DNA of 51,165 nucleotides from a virus (Duplodnaviria; Caudoviricetes), in IMG/VR virus record IMGVR_UViG_3300042506_000517, positions 1 through 51,165 of that record; one strand, given 5' to 3'. The notes beneath the pieces are model-generated. The model ran no database searches. It was not told the DNA's origin and worked only from the letters and a program-made list of their open reading frames with translations. This document shows positions 20,228 to 30,623 of the stretch, one piece after another; within the stretch, counting starts at the first letter, position 1, and each line of letters opens with the position of its first letter. The position numbers and the translations under genes are program-made.

Positions 20228-22210
20228 TTAAATTACAGCACCTCTAATATCATTATCTGGAAATTTAACTTCAAATACTGATGGATCTAAAGATGGATAT
20301 ATAATCTTATTATGTGTTGCTTCGGATAAATTATATTCATGTGGTGAATAATTTCCATCATTTTGATTAAGATTTTTAAATACTACTTCAGATATAGACT
20401 GTACCCCTTCAACTTTCGCCAATTCTAATTCTAATTGATTAATATTAATCGGTTGATTAAAATACCATTTATCAACATTAAAGAAATCTTTTGCTTTTTG
20501 CAGACATTGATCTAAAACTTCTTTTTTATTAAAATTATTATATACTAATATTTTAAAATCTACTCCTATATTGATAATATAACCGTCAATAATATTGATA
20601 CTATCAGATATAATCTTATATTTTTGTAAATAATGTCTGATGTTATATACCAATGCGTCATTTGTTTGTGTCAAGTTTTTATTTGAATTATAACTCAAAA
20701 CATATAGATTTAAACTAAATGGATTAGAAACATCAAAATTTACTTTTCTAAAGTTATTTTCCAAACTATTATTAATCAATGTTGTTTGATTTTCATTGTT
20801 TACAAATCCATTTAATAGTGTTTGATTTGTAGAAATTGATAAATCGGAATTTGGTATCACCATTACTTTTGCAATGGAACCAAATCTTGGTGGTATAGAA
20901 TATATTCTGGAAATGTAATCATCTACTGTTACTGTTCTATTTTGTGAACCAAAATTAGCCAAAGCATTTTGTCTGATTTCTTCTACACTTTCTTCATTTT
21001 GTCCACCAACTGCGGGATTTGGATTGGATATTCTAAACGAATTTTTAACAGTAGTTAATAATGAATTTTGAGAAGGATTTAATCCTGATACATCATTTAA
21101 ATATGTAACAGATGATATATTCTTAATGGTATCAGATGGTGAATTTGATGTTAAACCACCACCAACTAAATATTGTACTGTTAATACTGTATTAGATGGT
21201 GATTGTCCAAATGTTTCAGAATTTAATAATTTACTAGTATCATAATTTAAATTTAAGTTACTAATATTTTTCAATCCGATACCAACTAATTCAGAATTTG
21301 GATATATTACTTCATCTGATGTTGCATCTGTACCCGCACCAAATTCAAGATATGTTGTATTATTTGCAGTAACATTTACAACAAACTTTCTTGATGTTTT
21401 AAAACTTTTAATTAACTTAGGAACTTCAGATGAATATTGAACATAACTATTATTAGTAAAACTAGTATTTTCTGTTTCTGTAAATATTAAATCTTGTGCC
21501 AAATAATCAACTTCATACCATTTATTGTTATCACTATCTTTTACATCAATAATATCAATTACATTATTTTCAGACAATGATATTTTATAAAATGGTACAG
21601 ATGCACCTACTGTAAATGATGATGTAGTAATCTTACCAGCAATAACTTTTGTTGATTTCTTTAATAAGAAAAATTGTGGTATTCCATAATTATCTCTTGA
21701 ATAAACAGTCACTTCTCTAGGAGAAAACTTACTATCAAGCGAAAAATCAACAGGATCAGTCGTTATAAAACTTACACCGCTTTCATTAGATACTTCCATA
21801 TACTCTCTTATCTTAAGAGCATAGTTGTTATCTGGAATATAGTTGTTATTAGAATCCTTAATAGAAGGAATTAATTGATATAAATCAATATTTGTAGTAG
21901 AAGATTTAGTAGGTTTTGTTTTGTAACCAAGATAATTTGCTAATGCAAGAACATTTTTTCTTTCTTCTGCATATGGCATTAAACTTTCTTTGAATTGATA
22001 ATCTGTATAATATGAAAGAACATCTCCTATATAAGATGCCATTTCAATAAACATCATACCTGGAGATGCATCACTAAAATCTTTATATGTTCGTGGAAAA
22101 TATGTTTTTGAATATTCAATTAAAGACGTTTTAAAAGAAGAAAAGTCTCTGTTAAGATACTTAATTTCTCTACGAGAACTATTAAAAGACTTTTGTATAA
22201 TGTCTGCCAT
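20228..22210 (-). CDS. baseplate wedge subunit (T4 gp6/baseplate J-like)
   Basis: YLNRDF, SYIGDVLSYY, GGQNEESVEEIR, QNRTVTVDDY. Confidence 0.85.
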   Translation of the reverse strand: MADIIQKSFNSSRREIKYLNRDFSSFKTSLIEYSKTYFPRTYKDFSDASPGMMFIEMASYIGDVLSYYTDYQFKESLMPYAEERKNVLALANYLGYKTKPTKSSTTNIDLYQLIPSIKDSNNNYIPDNNYALKIREYMEVSNESGVSFITTDPVDFSLDSKFSPREVTVYSRDNYGIPQFFLLKKSTKVIAGKITTSSFTVGASVPFYKISLSENNVIDIIDVKDSDNNKWYEVDYLAQDLIFTETENTSFTNNSYVQYSSEVPKLIKSFKTSRKFVVNVTANNTTYLEFGAGTDATSDEVIYPNSELVGIGLKNISNLNLNYDTSKLLNSETFGQSPSNTVLTVQYLVGGGLTSNSPSDTIKNISSVTYLNDVSGLNPSQNSLLTTVKNSFRISNPNPAVGGQNEESVEEIRQNALANFGSQNRTVTVDDYISRIYSIPPRFGSIAKVMVIPNSDLSISTNQTLLNGFVNNENQTTLINNSLENNFRKVNFDVSNPFSLNLYVLSYNSNKNLTQTNDALVYNIRHYLQKYKIISDSINIIDGYIINIGVDFKILVYNNFNKKEVLDQCLQKAKDFFNVDKWYFNQPININQLELELAKVEGVQSISEVVFKNLNQNDGNYSPHEYNLSEATHNKIIYPSLDPSVFEVKFPDNDIRGAVI

Positions 22211-22212
22211 AA

Positions 22213-22608
22213 TTAAATATTATTTTGATTAACTGTCAAATTAAGTGTATCCGTTTGATTATTAACCGTAAATTGTATTTTTATATATAATATATAACTA
22301 TCTGTAAGTTCATTTTTTTCTTGATTTGATATACCAATATCTATTTTATTTACAGTAACACCTGGTACATAATTGTTAATTTCATCTGTGATGATTTGTT
22401 TAACTATATCAGGAGAATCTTGTAAATTTTGTTCAAATAGATATTCTTGTAAACCAGAACCAAAATTAGGATTCATTCGTCTTTCACCTTTTTTGGTTCT
22501 CAACAAATTAGTAATATTGGCTTTTACTTGGGTTAAAGTATCATAACTTTGTTCAAAGTATCCATTTCTGCCAATTTGAAGTGGTAATGTTAGTCCTATA
22601 GGATTCAT
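22213..22608 (-). CDS. baseplate wedge subunit gp25-like
   Basis: NLLRTKKGERRMNPNFGSGL..YLFE. Confidence 0.9.
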   Translation of the reverse strand: MNPIGLTLPLQIGRNGYFEQSYDTLTQVKANITNLLRTKKGERRMNPNFGSGLQEYLFEQNLQDSPDIVKQIITDEINNYVPGVTVNKIDIGISNQEKNELTDSYILYIKIQFTVNNQTDTLNLTVNQNNI

Positions 22609-22609
22609 A

Positions 22610-23092
22610 TTATTCCATTGATACCATACCGGAACTTATAGATCCAGTTTGTTTCTTTTTATCAACGGCTTTCATTAAACTTCTAAAATCTCTGTTAATC
22701 ACATTCATCACTTTACCTTGTTCTTCTGTTACAGGAGCAACTGGTTGTGATGTTTCTATAGATTCATTCATCTGCATACCAGCAAATGCTTGTGATTTAA
22801 ATACAGAATCTAGACCAACCATTGAACTTTCACTTGGTATTTTTACAACAGTTTGATTCAAAATTTCATTCAAAATAGGATTACTTGAATACTTTTTAAT
22901 TTCTTTTGGTTTTTGAACCGATTCTTTTACTACAGTTTTGGTTGCAACAATAGATTCATTAGATTGAATCGTACTTGATTGTTTTCCAGACAATACTTCA
23001 GACAATATTTTTGGAATCAAAGAAGGTAATGTTTTGTCCAATTCTTCTCTAATTATACTTCTAATTATTTCTTTTAATTCATTACTTTTCAT
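22610..23092 (-). CDS. hypothetical protein
   Basis: LKEIIRSIIREE and LNEILNQT; structural operon. Confidence 0.65.
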   Translation of the reverse strand: MKSNELKEIIRSIIREELDKTLPSLIPKILSEVLSGKQSSTIQSNESIVATKTVVKESVQKPKEIKKYSSNPILNEILNQTVVKIPSESSMVGLDSVFKSQAFAGMQMNESIETSQPVAPVTEEQGKVMNVINRDFRSLMKAVDKKKQTGSISSGMVSME

Positions 23093-23109
23093 ACGCTATA
23101 TAATTATCA

Positions 23110-23907
23110 TTAAACTTTCGGGATTATATTATTTATTTTGTTATTTATTTGTTCTGTAGTAGGTGGTTTAGGTATTTTTATAGTCTTTATTCGTTTACCA
23201 ATGCCAGATTTAATCTTTTTAGCCAGTGCAACTCCGCCAATTGCACCTACCGCTCCTCCAATACCAGCACCTATTCCCCCACCAAGTTTACTGCCAATAC
23301 CAGCACCCAATCCTCCACCTACGCCACCACCAATTGCGCCAGTAACACCACCGGAAACAGCTCCACCTATTGTACCACCAATAGCTCCTCCAGTAGCTCC
23401 ACTTAAAGATCCGCCGACTCCGCCTCCAATCGCAGAAGATGCACTTTTTACAACACCTGTTACCGCAGAAGTCGCACTTTTTGCAACACCACTAACAGCA
23501 GAAGATGCACTTTTTGCTAAACCTGTCAATCGATCAACAGTCTTACCTGCAATTTTACCAGGACTAAAATGTTGTGGATTGAAATTTGGGGCAGACATTT
23601 TAGGTATTCCTATAGACGGAACAGACGGAACATTTGGTAAAGGCGGAACACTTGGTATACTTATACCTGATAAATTAGGTAAACTTGGAGTTGATACACT
23701 AGGAATAGAAGGTACACTTGGCAAATTTGGAATTGATGGTATTGCCGGTTTTGGTATATTAGGAATTTTAGGAATAGAAGGTTTTGGTATACTGGATGCG
23801 ATATCTGCTTTTTTTGCGATTGCAAATTTTAATCCATTTGAAGCTTCTGTAGGCGCTCCTGGTAATGCTGGATCAATATCTGTAAATGATTTGAGTTTAT
23901 TTATCAT
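23110..23907 (-). CDS. low-complexity protein (PSI/PxI triplets, glycine-zipper segment)
   Basis: Same strand as neighbours, 4-nt overlap with upstream gene; GxxxG runs. Confidence 0.65.
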   Translation of the reverse strand: MINKLKSFTDIDPALPGAPTEASNGLKFAIAKKADIASSIPKPSIPKIPNIPKPAIPSIPNLPSVPSIPSVSTPSLPNLSGISIPSVPPLPNVPSVPSIGIPKMSAPNFNPQHFSPGKIAGKTVDRLTGLAKSASSAVSGVAKSATSAVTGVVKSASSAIGGGVGGSLSGATGGAIGGTIGGAVSGGVTGAIGGGVGGGLGAGIGSKLGGGIGAGIGGAVGAIGGVALAKKIKSGIGKRIKTIKIPKPPTTEQINNKINNIIPKV

Positions 23908-25565
23908 ACTTGTTCAAATTGTACTTCAACTGGACCTTCTCTTCTTAATTTTCCTTTAAATTCACCAGGCAATCCTTCACCTGAAACTACGTTTACAGAT
24001 ACTGGTTCTGTAGCGTTCTTAAATCCCTCCGGAGTAACTCCATCTACTCCTGGAGCATAACCACCACCTGTAACAAATACTCTTCTACTCATTAATTTAT
24101 CAAGATTATCTCTTAAAAACTTTAATTGTGTATTTTGAACGGAATCTTGAGTTTTATCTGGATTTGGTCCTGCAGATCTATCATGGACATGTTGATACCA
24201 ATGAACATGATCTAATAACCAATTACATAAATCATACATCCAATCTACTGTGGTTTGTCCCAATAGTACTGGTTCATTTGTTTGTCCATATTGACCTAAA
24301 TAAATAGCAGGACTATTAATTACTGTTTTATTATTGGTAGTCATTACAATTTGATCGTGAGCATCAACTGTATATTCACTATCAGTTACAATTCCATATC
24401 TTTCTTTTGAAAAATGTAATGTTTCTCCAAATCTACTACTTAAAATCAATCTATCCGTATTAATTACTATTTGATCCCCTTTTAAATTTTCTGTGTCAAA
24501 ATTATATGCAGTAGAACCGTTTGGGGAAAATAATGGTTGTTCTTCTTTTCCTTGTTGAAATATAGACTTATAACAAGTTGTTCTCCATTTTGATTTTGTT
24601 AATCCTGATGTAATGTAAATTGAACTTCCGTCATGATTTATGTCTTCTTCAATTAACCCACCAACATTTTTCTGTGAATCTGTAATCGCAGGAATTGCTG
24701 GGAGTTTAGGATGAACTAATATAGGTTTATCCAATGACAATTTTCTTTGTCTATTTCTAATTAAAACCATTGGATTTCCACATCCTTCATTGGACGCATT
24801 TACCGTAGGGTCACCTTTATAATCAGAATAAAAACCCTTGTCATTCTCTCTTATATTATCATATGCCGAAAAACGAATCGATTGTCCATGACGACTTTCA
24901 AAAACAGTATCTCCTTCATATCTTTTTAATTTTCTAATTTTTGAATTTGATAAGAAATATGAACCGAGTACTCCTTTTACTTGATTATTTGCAATCTTTT
25001 TATGTGCATTTAAAGATTTAGGTCCAACCACTGCTTCTGTTTTTATACCATCTCCAGATACTAAATCTTTATTTCCCGTATTGTTTCCATAAAAAGATTC
25101 TAATCTAAAATTAGATTCTTGATTTACAAATCCATTTAGATTTAATTTTCTAGTGTAAAATAACTTATCTAAATATTTTACAATAATTACAACTTCATTT
25201 AATAATGGATATTCAACTATTCCTGTGGACTCCATTGGAAATGCCCATGATAATTTTTCTTTTTCCAATCCTTGTTGCGAAAAACACAATCTTACTTTAC
25301 ACGCACCAATATAAGTATAATCTATATCTTTATTTGTAGGTTCATCACCTTTATAGTTTTGAGGAATATTTCTGGAATCTACTAAATGTCTTTTATTTAC
25401 TATTTCAGGATGAGTTTCATCCAAAATTACATCCAATACAATTGCCGGTTCCAATTCATAAAATTCATTTGATGGAGCTGCAGATGATTGTCCACCAACA
25501 GATAATCCAATATTGTTTAACTGTCCATAACTAACAGGAGAAGATTTTATATTAAAATATGACAT
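23904..25565 (-). CDS. baseplate hub/central spike protein (gp5/VgrG-like)
   Basis: OB-fold-like N-terminus (PLLNEVV), EGDTVFESRHGQSIRF, beta-rich C-half, HVH..HVH metal-binding tip motif. Confidence 0.7.
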   Translation of the reverse strand: MSYFNIKSSPVSYGQLNNIGLSVGGQSSAAPSNEFYELEPAIVLDVILDETHPEIVNKRHLVDSRNIPQNYKGDEPTNKDIDYTYIGACKVRLCFSQQGLEKEKLSWAFPMESTGIVEYPLLNEVVIIVKYLDKLFYTRKLNLNGFVNQESNFRLESFYGNNTGNKDLVSGDGIKTEAVVGPKSLNAHKKIANNQVKGVLGSYFLSNSKIRKLKRYEGDTVFESRHGQSIRFSAYDNIRENDKGFYSDYKGDPTVNASNEGCGNPMVLIRNRQRKLSLDKPILVHPKLPAIPAITDSQKNVGGLIEEDINHDGSSIYITSGLTKSKWRTTCYKSIFQQGKEEQPLFSPNGSTAYNFDTENLKGDQIVINTDRLILSSRFGETLHFSKERYGIVTDSEYTVDAHDQIVMTTNNKTVINSPAIYLGQYGQTNEPVLLGQTTVDWMYDLCNWLLDHVHWYQHVHDRSAGPNPDKTQDSVQNTQLKFLRDNLDKLMSRRVFVTGGGYAPGVDGVTPEGFKNATEPVSVNVVSGEGLPGEFKGKLRREGPVEVQFEQV

Positions 25566-25566
25566 A

Positions 25567-25929
25567 TTATTTCTTTATTTCAATTGGAATGTTCATTGTA
25601 TCTGTAATCTTCCCCACTTCAGCCATTAGTTGTTGTCTTTCTTCTTCGGATAATCCACCAACCTCTTCTGTACCTTTATTATCACTGCTAATTAATCTTT
25701 GTACTATAGCAGCTAATTTAACTAGTTGTTCATCGTTCCTCACACTTACATCTAAGTAGTCTTTTATAAGAGGAACGATGACAATAGCATCGTTCGGTGT
25801 TTTAATCATACTTCTTAAATCAGATACCAAAATATCAATTTGATCTTTTTTCTGTTCAGAATTGATTACAACGTCTTTAAGTAAGTTTGAATATTTCTTA
25901 CCTTTATACAATTCAAAATCTAAATCCAT
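25567..25929 (-). CDS. hypothetical helical protein
   Basis: 120-aa ORF preceded by TATTTATA. Confidence 0.65.
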   Translation of the reverse strand: MDLDFELYKGKKYSNLLKDVVINSEQKKDQIDILVSDLRSMIKTPNDAIVIVPLIKDYLDVSVRNDEQLVKLAAIVQRLISSDNKGTEEVGGLSEEERQQLMAEVGKITDTMNIPIEIKK

Positions 25930-25965
25930 ACCTATAAATAGATATAGATTTGAATAATTATACTA

Positions 25966-26883
25966 TCAATTTAATTTACCTCTGTCTAAATAAGACTGAG
26001 CAATTACCCTTTGATAACTTTTCATCTTATTTATTACTTTAGTAATTTGTTGTGTCTTACAAGATGATATTTCTCTAATGTACAGATACAACGCTTTTTT
26101 ATTAAACGCATCAATTCTATTGCAATTTCTGAATAATTCTATCACTGCATTCGCAATATTTAGATCTCTTTGTTTTGTAAATATACGACCAACATTTCTC
26201 TCCCAGTAATCTACCATTAATTTAAGAAATTCATCTGTTTCTACATCTTTATAATGTGCATCGACAGTTTGTAAACATACGGATGATTCACCTGGAGTAT
26301 CCGCAATGTTTACATGTTGATTATATTTTTTGTAATTACCGTTGTTATGAAAAATAAGATAATTTTTGGCAACTATACTAAAATAACTAAATGCTTTACC
26401 TTTACCTTCTTCAAATTTATTCATATTAGAAACCAAATGTGCTACAGTTTCTTTTTGAATTTCAATTGGACTATTGTCAAAATATGTAAATTTAAATGTA
26501 TTAAAAACATTTTCTACCAACTTATCAAATGCGTGTTTAATATAAGTTTCATAAAGATGATTTCTAATGTCTTGATTGTCTTCTTTGTTATATTTAATAA
26601 TATACATTTCTGTATCTTTAGTAAAATACATCTTTTCTGCGGATTTCTTTTTTTGTTCGGATTCTACTGAGGATTCTTCAACTATAATTTTAGGTATTGT
26701 TTTCCTAATATTTTTTTCTTGTACCAATGGTACATCTTTTTTCTTTTTATCGACTTTGTTTATAACCATTTTATTTTTTTGTTTAGTTGATTTTGTGGAT
26801 ACTTCTTTACCGAGATGTTTTACAACTTTTTTATCAACATCTATTTTTTTTAAAACTTTTATTTTTTTCTTGGAATTTTTCAT
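25966..26883 (-). CDS. probable phage late sigma factor (T4 gp55-like)
   Basis: Region-2-like segment ETVAHLVSNMNKFEEGKGKAFSYFSIVAKN; Lys-rich disordered N-terminus. Confidence 0.55.
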   Translation of the reverse strand: MKNSKKKIKVLKKIDVDKKVVKHLGKEVSTKSTKQKNKMVINKVDKKKKDVPLVQEKNIRKTIPKIIVEESSVESEQKKKSAEKMYFTKDTEMYIIKYNKEDNQDIRNHLYETYIKHAFDKLVENVFNTFKFTYFDNSPIEIQKETVAHLVSNMNKFEEGKGKAFSYFSIVAKNYLIFHNNGNYKKYNQHVNIADTPGESSVCLQTVDAHYKDVETDEFLKLMVDYWERNVGRIFTKQRDLNIANAVIELFRNCNRIDAFNKKALYLYIREISSCKTQQITKVINKMKSYQRVIAQSYLDRGKLN

Positions 26884-27146
26884 TTGGATTTTTCCTTGAT
26901 AAGTTCAATTAATTTCACGATTTCAGAAAAAACAAAACCAACATCATCGTCTTTTTCAAAAATGTTTTTATCGTCAATTTCTTTTAATTTACGATATGTG
27001 TTTTCGGCCAAAGTTTTATATTGAATAGACCAATTTTGCATTGTTTCTATTACATCCAATAAATCATTTATTTTAATAAAAAAATAAAAGTTTGCGCATA
27101 CTGAAACCGTCAATACTACTGTGAGTATTATTATTAGTGTTAACAT
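26880..27146 (-). CDS. small membrane-anchored protein
   Basis: N-terminal hydrophobic helix; FEKDDDVGFVF. Confidence 0.65.
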   Translation of the reverse strand: MLTLIIILTVVLTVSVCANFYFFIKINDLLDVIETMQNWSIQYKTLAENTYRKLKEIDDKNIFEKDDDVGFVFSEIVKLIELIKEKSK

Positions 27147-27149
27147 AAA

Positions 27150-27287
27150 TCAATCATAATCTGATACATCTCCATTATCAAGATATTCTTCCATAAATGA
27201 TATTGCTTCATTTACCAACTCCCAATCTTGCGTCTTTTCTGATTCTTTGAGAATATCCAACACTTCTTTTATATCAAATTCGTCCAT
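27150..27287 (-). CDS. 45-aa acidic hypothetical protein (not in ORF track)
   Basis: MDEFDIKEVLDILKESEKTQDWELVNEAISFMEEYL...; ends 3 nt before the next start. Confidence 0.55.
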   Translation of the reverse strand: MDEFDIKEVLDILKESEKTQDWELVNEAISFMEEYLDNGDVSDYD

Positions 27288-27371
27288 AATATTTTAATAG
27301 TAAACTGATAATTAAATATATCATAAAAATTTGTAAAACCAAACAATTATTACTATTATAGTAATTTTAAT

Positions 27372-28397
27372 TTAAAAACTAAAGTGATTAGGCTTATAAC
27401 TGTTATCAACCATTACTTCTTTTATTACTTCTTTGTCAACAAACACTTCTCTAATCACTTCTTTTTCTACAGGCACTTCTCTAATAATTTCTTTTATTAT
27501 TTGTTCATCTTTAACTTCTTGTATAGCTTCTTCTTTTGCTTGTTCAACTATGTCTTCTACAGTTGGTTCTTTTTCTGGAGTTTCTTCTGTTTTAACAATA
27601 GGTTTTACATAAATTACATCTCCTAATGTTGTATTATAAGCTAATAATAAACAAATTGCAAGTGGATCAAATACTGATATAAGACAAATGATAAACCATT
27701 TTACTACTTTATTAATATCTACACCAAATTCATCTGCGACAAATTTAAATGTTTGTAAATCTTTTTGACCACCACTTTTTATTTTGATGTCCGATATTTG
27801 TTTGTCTAATTTTTGTATTTCGTCAACAGTAGATTGAATTTTATTATTTTCTACATCCATATCTTTTTCACTCTTATCAATAAATTCTTTTGTGGATTGT
27901 TGTATTTGTGATAATTGAATTGGATTACGACTAATAATAACATTTGTTATACTTTCATTTAATCTATTTTCTTGACTTGTTCTTAATTTAGTAATGTTTT
28001 CTATTCTCTTTTTTGCATCATTTATCTTATCAACATACATTTTTTTCTGATCTTGTATGTAAACAATTTTTTCTTCACTTAATTTATTTTCAATTGAAGA
28101 CTGTTGATATGCAGATGTTAAATAACCAAAAATACCAAGAGATGTAATAAACATTAATGATACAACTGCTAAAATAAGATAGGTTTTCAATAACAATTGT
28201 GATTTTTTCCAGTATCTATATAAAAATGTAGTGGCTACTAATTTACCAATTTCAAGTGAACTAGCCATAATCATAGATGCTATAGCAGATCCACTAAACA
28301 ACATACCAATACCAATTATACTAAAAAAAGCAGCACAACTCGCTATAAATAACGATGATAATCCTACTATTCTTTCAAATGTAAATTGAGTTTTCAT
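27372..28397 (-). CDS. multi-pass membrane protein with coiled coil
   Basis: Three N-terminal hydrophobic helices, GIFGYL, VFDPLAI, KEVIREV repeats. Confidence 0.7.
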   Translation of the reverse strand: MKTQFTFERIVGLSSLFIASCAAFFSIIGIGMLFSGSAIASMIMASSLEIGKLVATTFLYRYWKKSQLLLKTYLILAVVSLMFITSLGIFGYLTSAYQQSSIENKLSEEKIVYIQDQKKMYVDKINDAKKRIENITKLRTSQENRLNESITNVIISRNPIQLSQIQQSTKEFIDKSEKDMDVENNKIQSTVDEIQKLDKQISDIKIKSGGQKDLQTFKFVADEFGVDINKVVKWFIICLISVFDPLAICLLLAYNTTLGDVIYVKPIVKTEETPEKEPTVEDIVEQAKEEAIQEVKDEQIIKEIIREVPVEKEVIREVFVDKEVIKEVMVDNSYKPNHFSF

Positions 28398-28411
28398 ACA
28401 GTATATATAGT

Positions 28412-28454
28412 CAAAAAAGAAGAAACCCTCTACTGTTTATAACAATAGAGGGTA
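28412..28454 (-). terminator. intrinsic terminator after Hsp20
   Basis: ACCCTCTA...TAGAGGGT inverted repeat followed by T-rich run on minus strand. Confidence 0.7.
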
Positions 28455-28474
28455 TATAATAAATATATAACTAA

Positions 28475-28957
28475 TTACTTAATCGTTACTTTTCTTACGT
28501 CTGGGACTGCATGTTTTACCTTATTTAAAGTAATTAAAAGAATACCGTTTTCAAATGTAGCAGATACAGTATCTTTTTCAATATTATCTCCTAAAGTAAA
28601 TGATCTACGGAAACTAGAACGTTTTAATTCTCTTCTGATATATTTTCCATTTTGGGTATCTGTTACATTTTTACTTTTACCGCCACTTACAGTAAGTACA
28701 TTTTGTTCTACTTCAACATTTACATCTTGTTTACTTAAACCTGGAACTTCAGCTTCTATAACTACTGTATCATTGTAATCAATAACATCTACTCTTGGAT
28801 ATGAACCTTTTTCAAAAAAGTCTACACCAAATTCTTGGCTAAAATTAGGGGAATTTGCTCTGAAAAATTCATCAAAAATTTGATCAAATGGAGTTAAAAA
28901 CTCATCACGATGAATTGTACGAAATAACGGATTATTTTGATATTTTACTACTGACAT
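28475..28957 (-). CDS. small heat shock protein (Hsp20/alpha-crystallin)
   Basis: PRVDV, AEVPG, RRE...SFRRSFTL, ATFENGILLITL. Confidence 0.95.
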   Translation of the reverse strand: MSVVKYQNNPLFRTIHRDEFLTPFDQIFDEFFRANSPNFSQEFGVDFFEKGSYPRVDVIDYNDTVVIEAEVPGLSKQDVNVEVEQNVLTVSGGKSKNVTDTQNGKYIRRELKRSSFRRSFTLGDNIEKDTVSATFENGILLITLNKVKHAVPDVRKVTIK

Positions 28958-29083
28958 ATATATTTTCCTTTCTTAAATAGTCTATTTAGACCCATTTTCA
29001 TGCATTCTTTTTGGGACATGCAAGGATAATCGTTTTGATTATCTAATGTATATATATCAATTAATTAAGAAAAATTCAAAAAT

Positions 29084-30016
29084 TTATTCAATTGGATTAG
29101 GCGGAAATAAATTATTTTGTGTATATTCACTTATATAACGATCATTAAATCTAATACCAGCATACATTTCGTAATCTTCAATTGTTCTAACATCACCGAA
29201 ATTATAAACTGAATCTATCAATTTTTCAAATCCGTCCATACCAAATAATTTTTTGTGTCTATTTGTAGAATCATTGTCCAATTTACTCCAATCACTTCCT
29301 TCTATAATATGATCATCCCAATGTTTTGGCCTTTTTTCTCTTGTATAATAATGCCATGCAACAATTTTATTTGGATGGTATAAATCATATCCATAGGTGT
29401 ATGCTCTTACACCAATATTAGTTTCTTCACCGTAAAAATAATAACTTGGATCGTGTTGTACCAATTTACTAAATTCACCATCTGTAAAAGCAAAATGTCC
29501 GCTATAAAATCTTGACGGTATTGGATTATCATATGTTTCAGTTAATGGTTCCGGAATAAAAAACATTGGACCATCTTCCATAAACTTTTCCAGATTCATT
29601 TTCCAAACTTCTTGTAAAAATTCTTCTTTATCCGGATCATAATGAGGCAAATAACCCGTAATCAATGGCTTTTCACTTCCCATTTCTTTACATTGATTAT
29701 ACATTTCAATCAATTCTTCATCCCAATTTTGTACAAATCTATGATGCGAATCCAATTGAAGTGTATATTCTTCACCATTATATTTTTGTTGAATTAAATT
29801 TCTAGCCCAACATACACCTTTACTTTCAACATATGGAATATCCATATATTCAATTAAATGTTTGATAGGTTCCAATGTTTCATTGTCATCGTGTTGCCAC
29901 GCAACTACAATTCTTAATGATTCTGGATTTTTAGCTTTATCAACCAAATCCAAAACTGTAGGAATTAATTCAGGATCTCTATAACTAGCAATTTGAACAA
30001 ATATCATATAACTCAT
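29084..30016 (-). CDS. second GT60/Gnt1-like GlcNAc transferase
   Basis: IFVQIASYRDPEL, GVCWAR, LQLDSHHRF, GEE, WHYY; clear paralog of 6953..8152. Confidence 0.8.
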   Translation of the reverse strand: MSYMIFVQIASYRDPELIPTVLDLVDKAKNPESLRIVVAWQHDDNETLEPIKHLIEYMDIPYVESKGVCWARNLIQQKYNGEEYTLQLDSHHRFVQNWDEELIEMYNQCKEMGSEKPLITGYLPHYDPDKEEFLQEVWKMNLEKFMEDGPMFFIPEPLTETYDNPIPSRFYSGHFAFTDGEFSKLVQHDPSYYFYGEETNIGVRAYTYGYDLYHPNKIVAWHYYTREKRPKHWDDHIIEGSDWSKLDNDSTNRHKKLFGMDGFEKLIDSVYNFGDVRTIEDYEMYAGIRFNDRYISEYTQNNLFPPNPIE

Positions 30017-30056
30017 ATAATTTACATATATCGATTAATTAAGAAAAATTAAAAAA

Positions 30057-30623
30057 TTATTCAATTGAATTCGACTGTAATAAATTATTAATTATTCTAA
30101 ATCCTATACTAATTCGAGTAGTATTTGAATAAACACAATGCCAGAAATATTTATTAGGATCATTATATACATCAAAATATCTAATTGACCACCCAATATT
30201 ATCTTGTGTTGTGTACGTCTTATTCTGTTCCATATCATAATATTTAAAATAAGAATCGCCGTTTTCGGAATAATTTATATAACATCTTAATCCAGTAGAA
30301 TTTGAATTCGTATGCCATCCCATACATCCATTTTTTGGATATAAAAAGTGACCTGACTGTTCCACTTTTTTATCAGTATGTTTTAAACTTAAAAAATCAT
30401 TGATGTTTTTAACTTTTTCAGATAATGTTTTGTTAAATATTAAGTTTAAATATTTCTTATTTCCTCTTATTTTGTCAATCTTGATGATATCATGTAGATA
30501 TTCATCTGAACAATACTTTTCATTTTTTCCTTCAAGGATTTTATTTGAAAAATTTTGATTCTTGAATTCACATAAATAATCATCTAATATTGGTAAATTT
30601 TCTAATTTTTCAAAAATAAACAT
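30057..30623 (-). CDS. 2OG-Fe(II) oxygenase-like protein
   Basis: Y....MGWHTN...WHCV...RISI pattern (HxN variant of the HxD/E..H triad plus 2OG-binding Arg). Confidence 0.65.
   Translation of the reverse strand: MFIFEKLENLPILDDYLCEFKNQNFSNKILEGKNEKYCSDEYLHDIIKIDKIRGNKKYLNLIFNKTLSEKVKNINDFLSLKHTDKKVEQSGHFLYPKNGCMGWHTNSNSTGLRCYINYSENGDSYFKYYDMEQNKTYTTQDNIGWSIRYFDVYNDPNKYFWHCVYSNTTRISIGFRIINNLLQSNSIE

Noticed and set aside
23138-23959. 273-aa plus-strand ORF
   Set aside because: Antisense shadow of a low-complexity gene that fits the minus-strand operon
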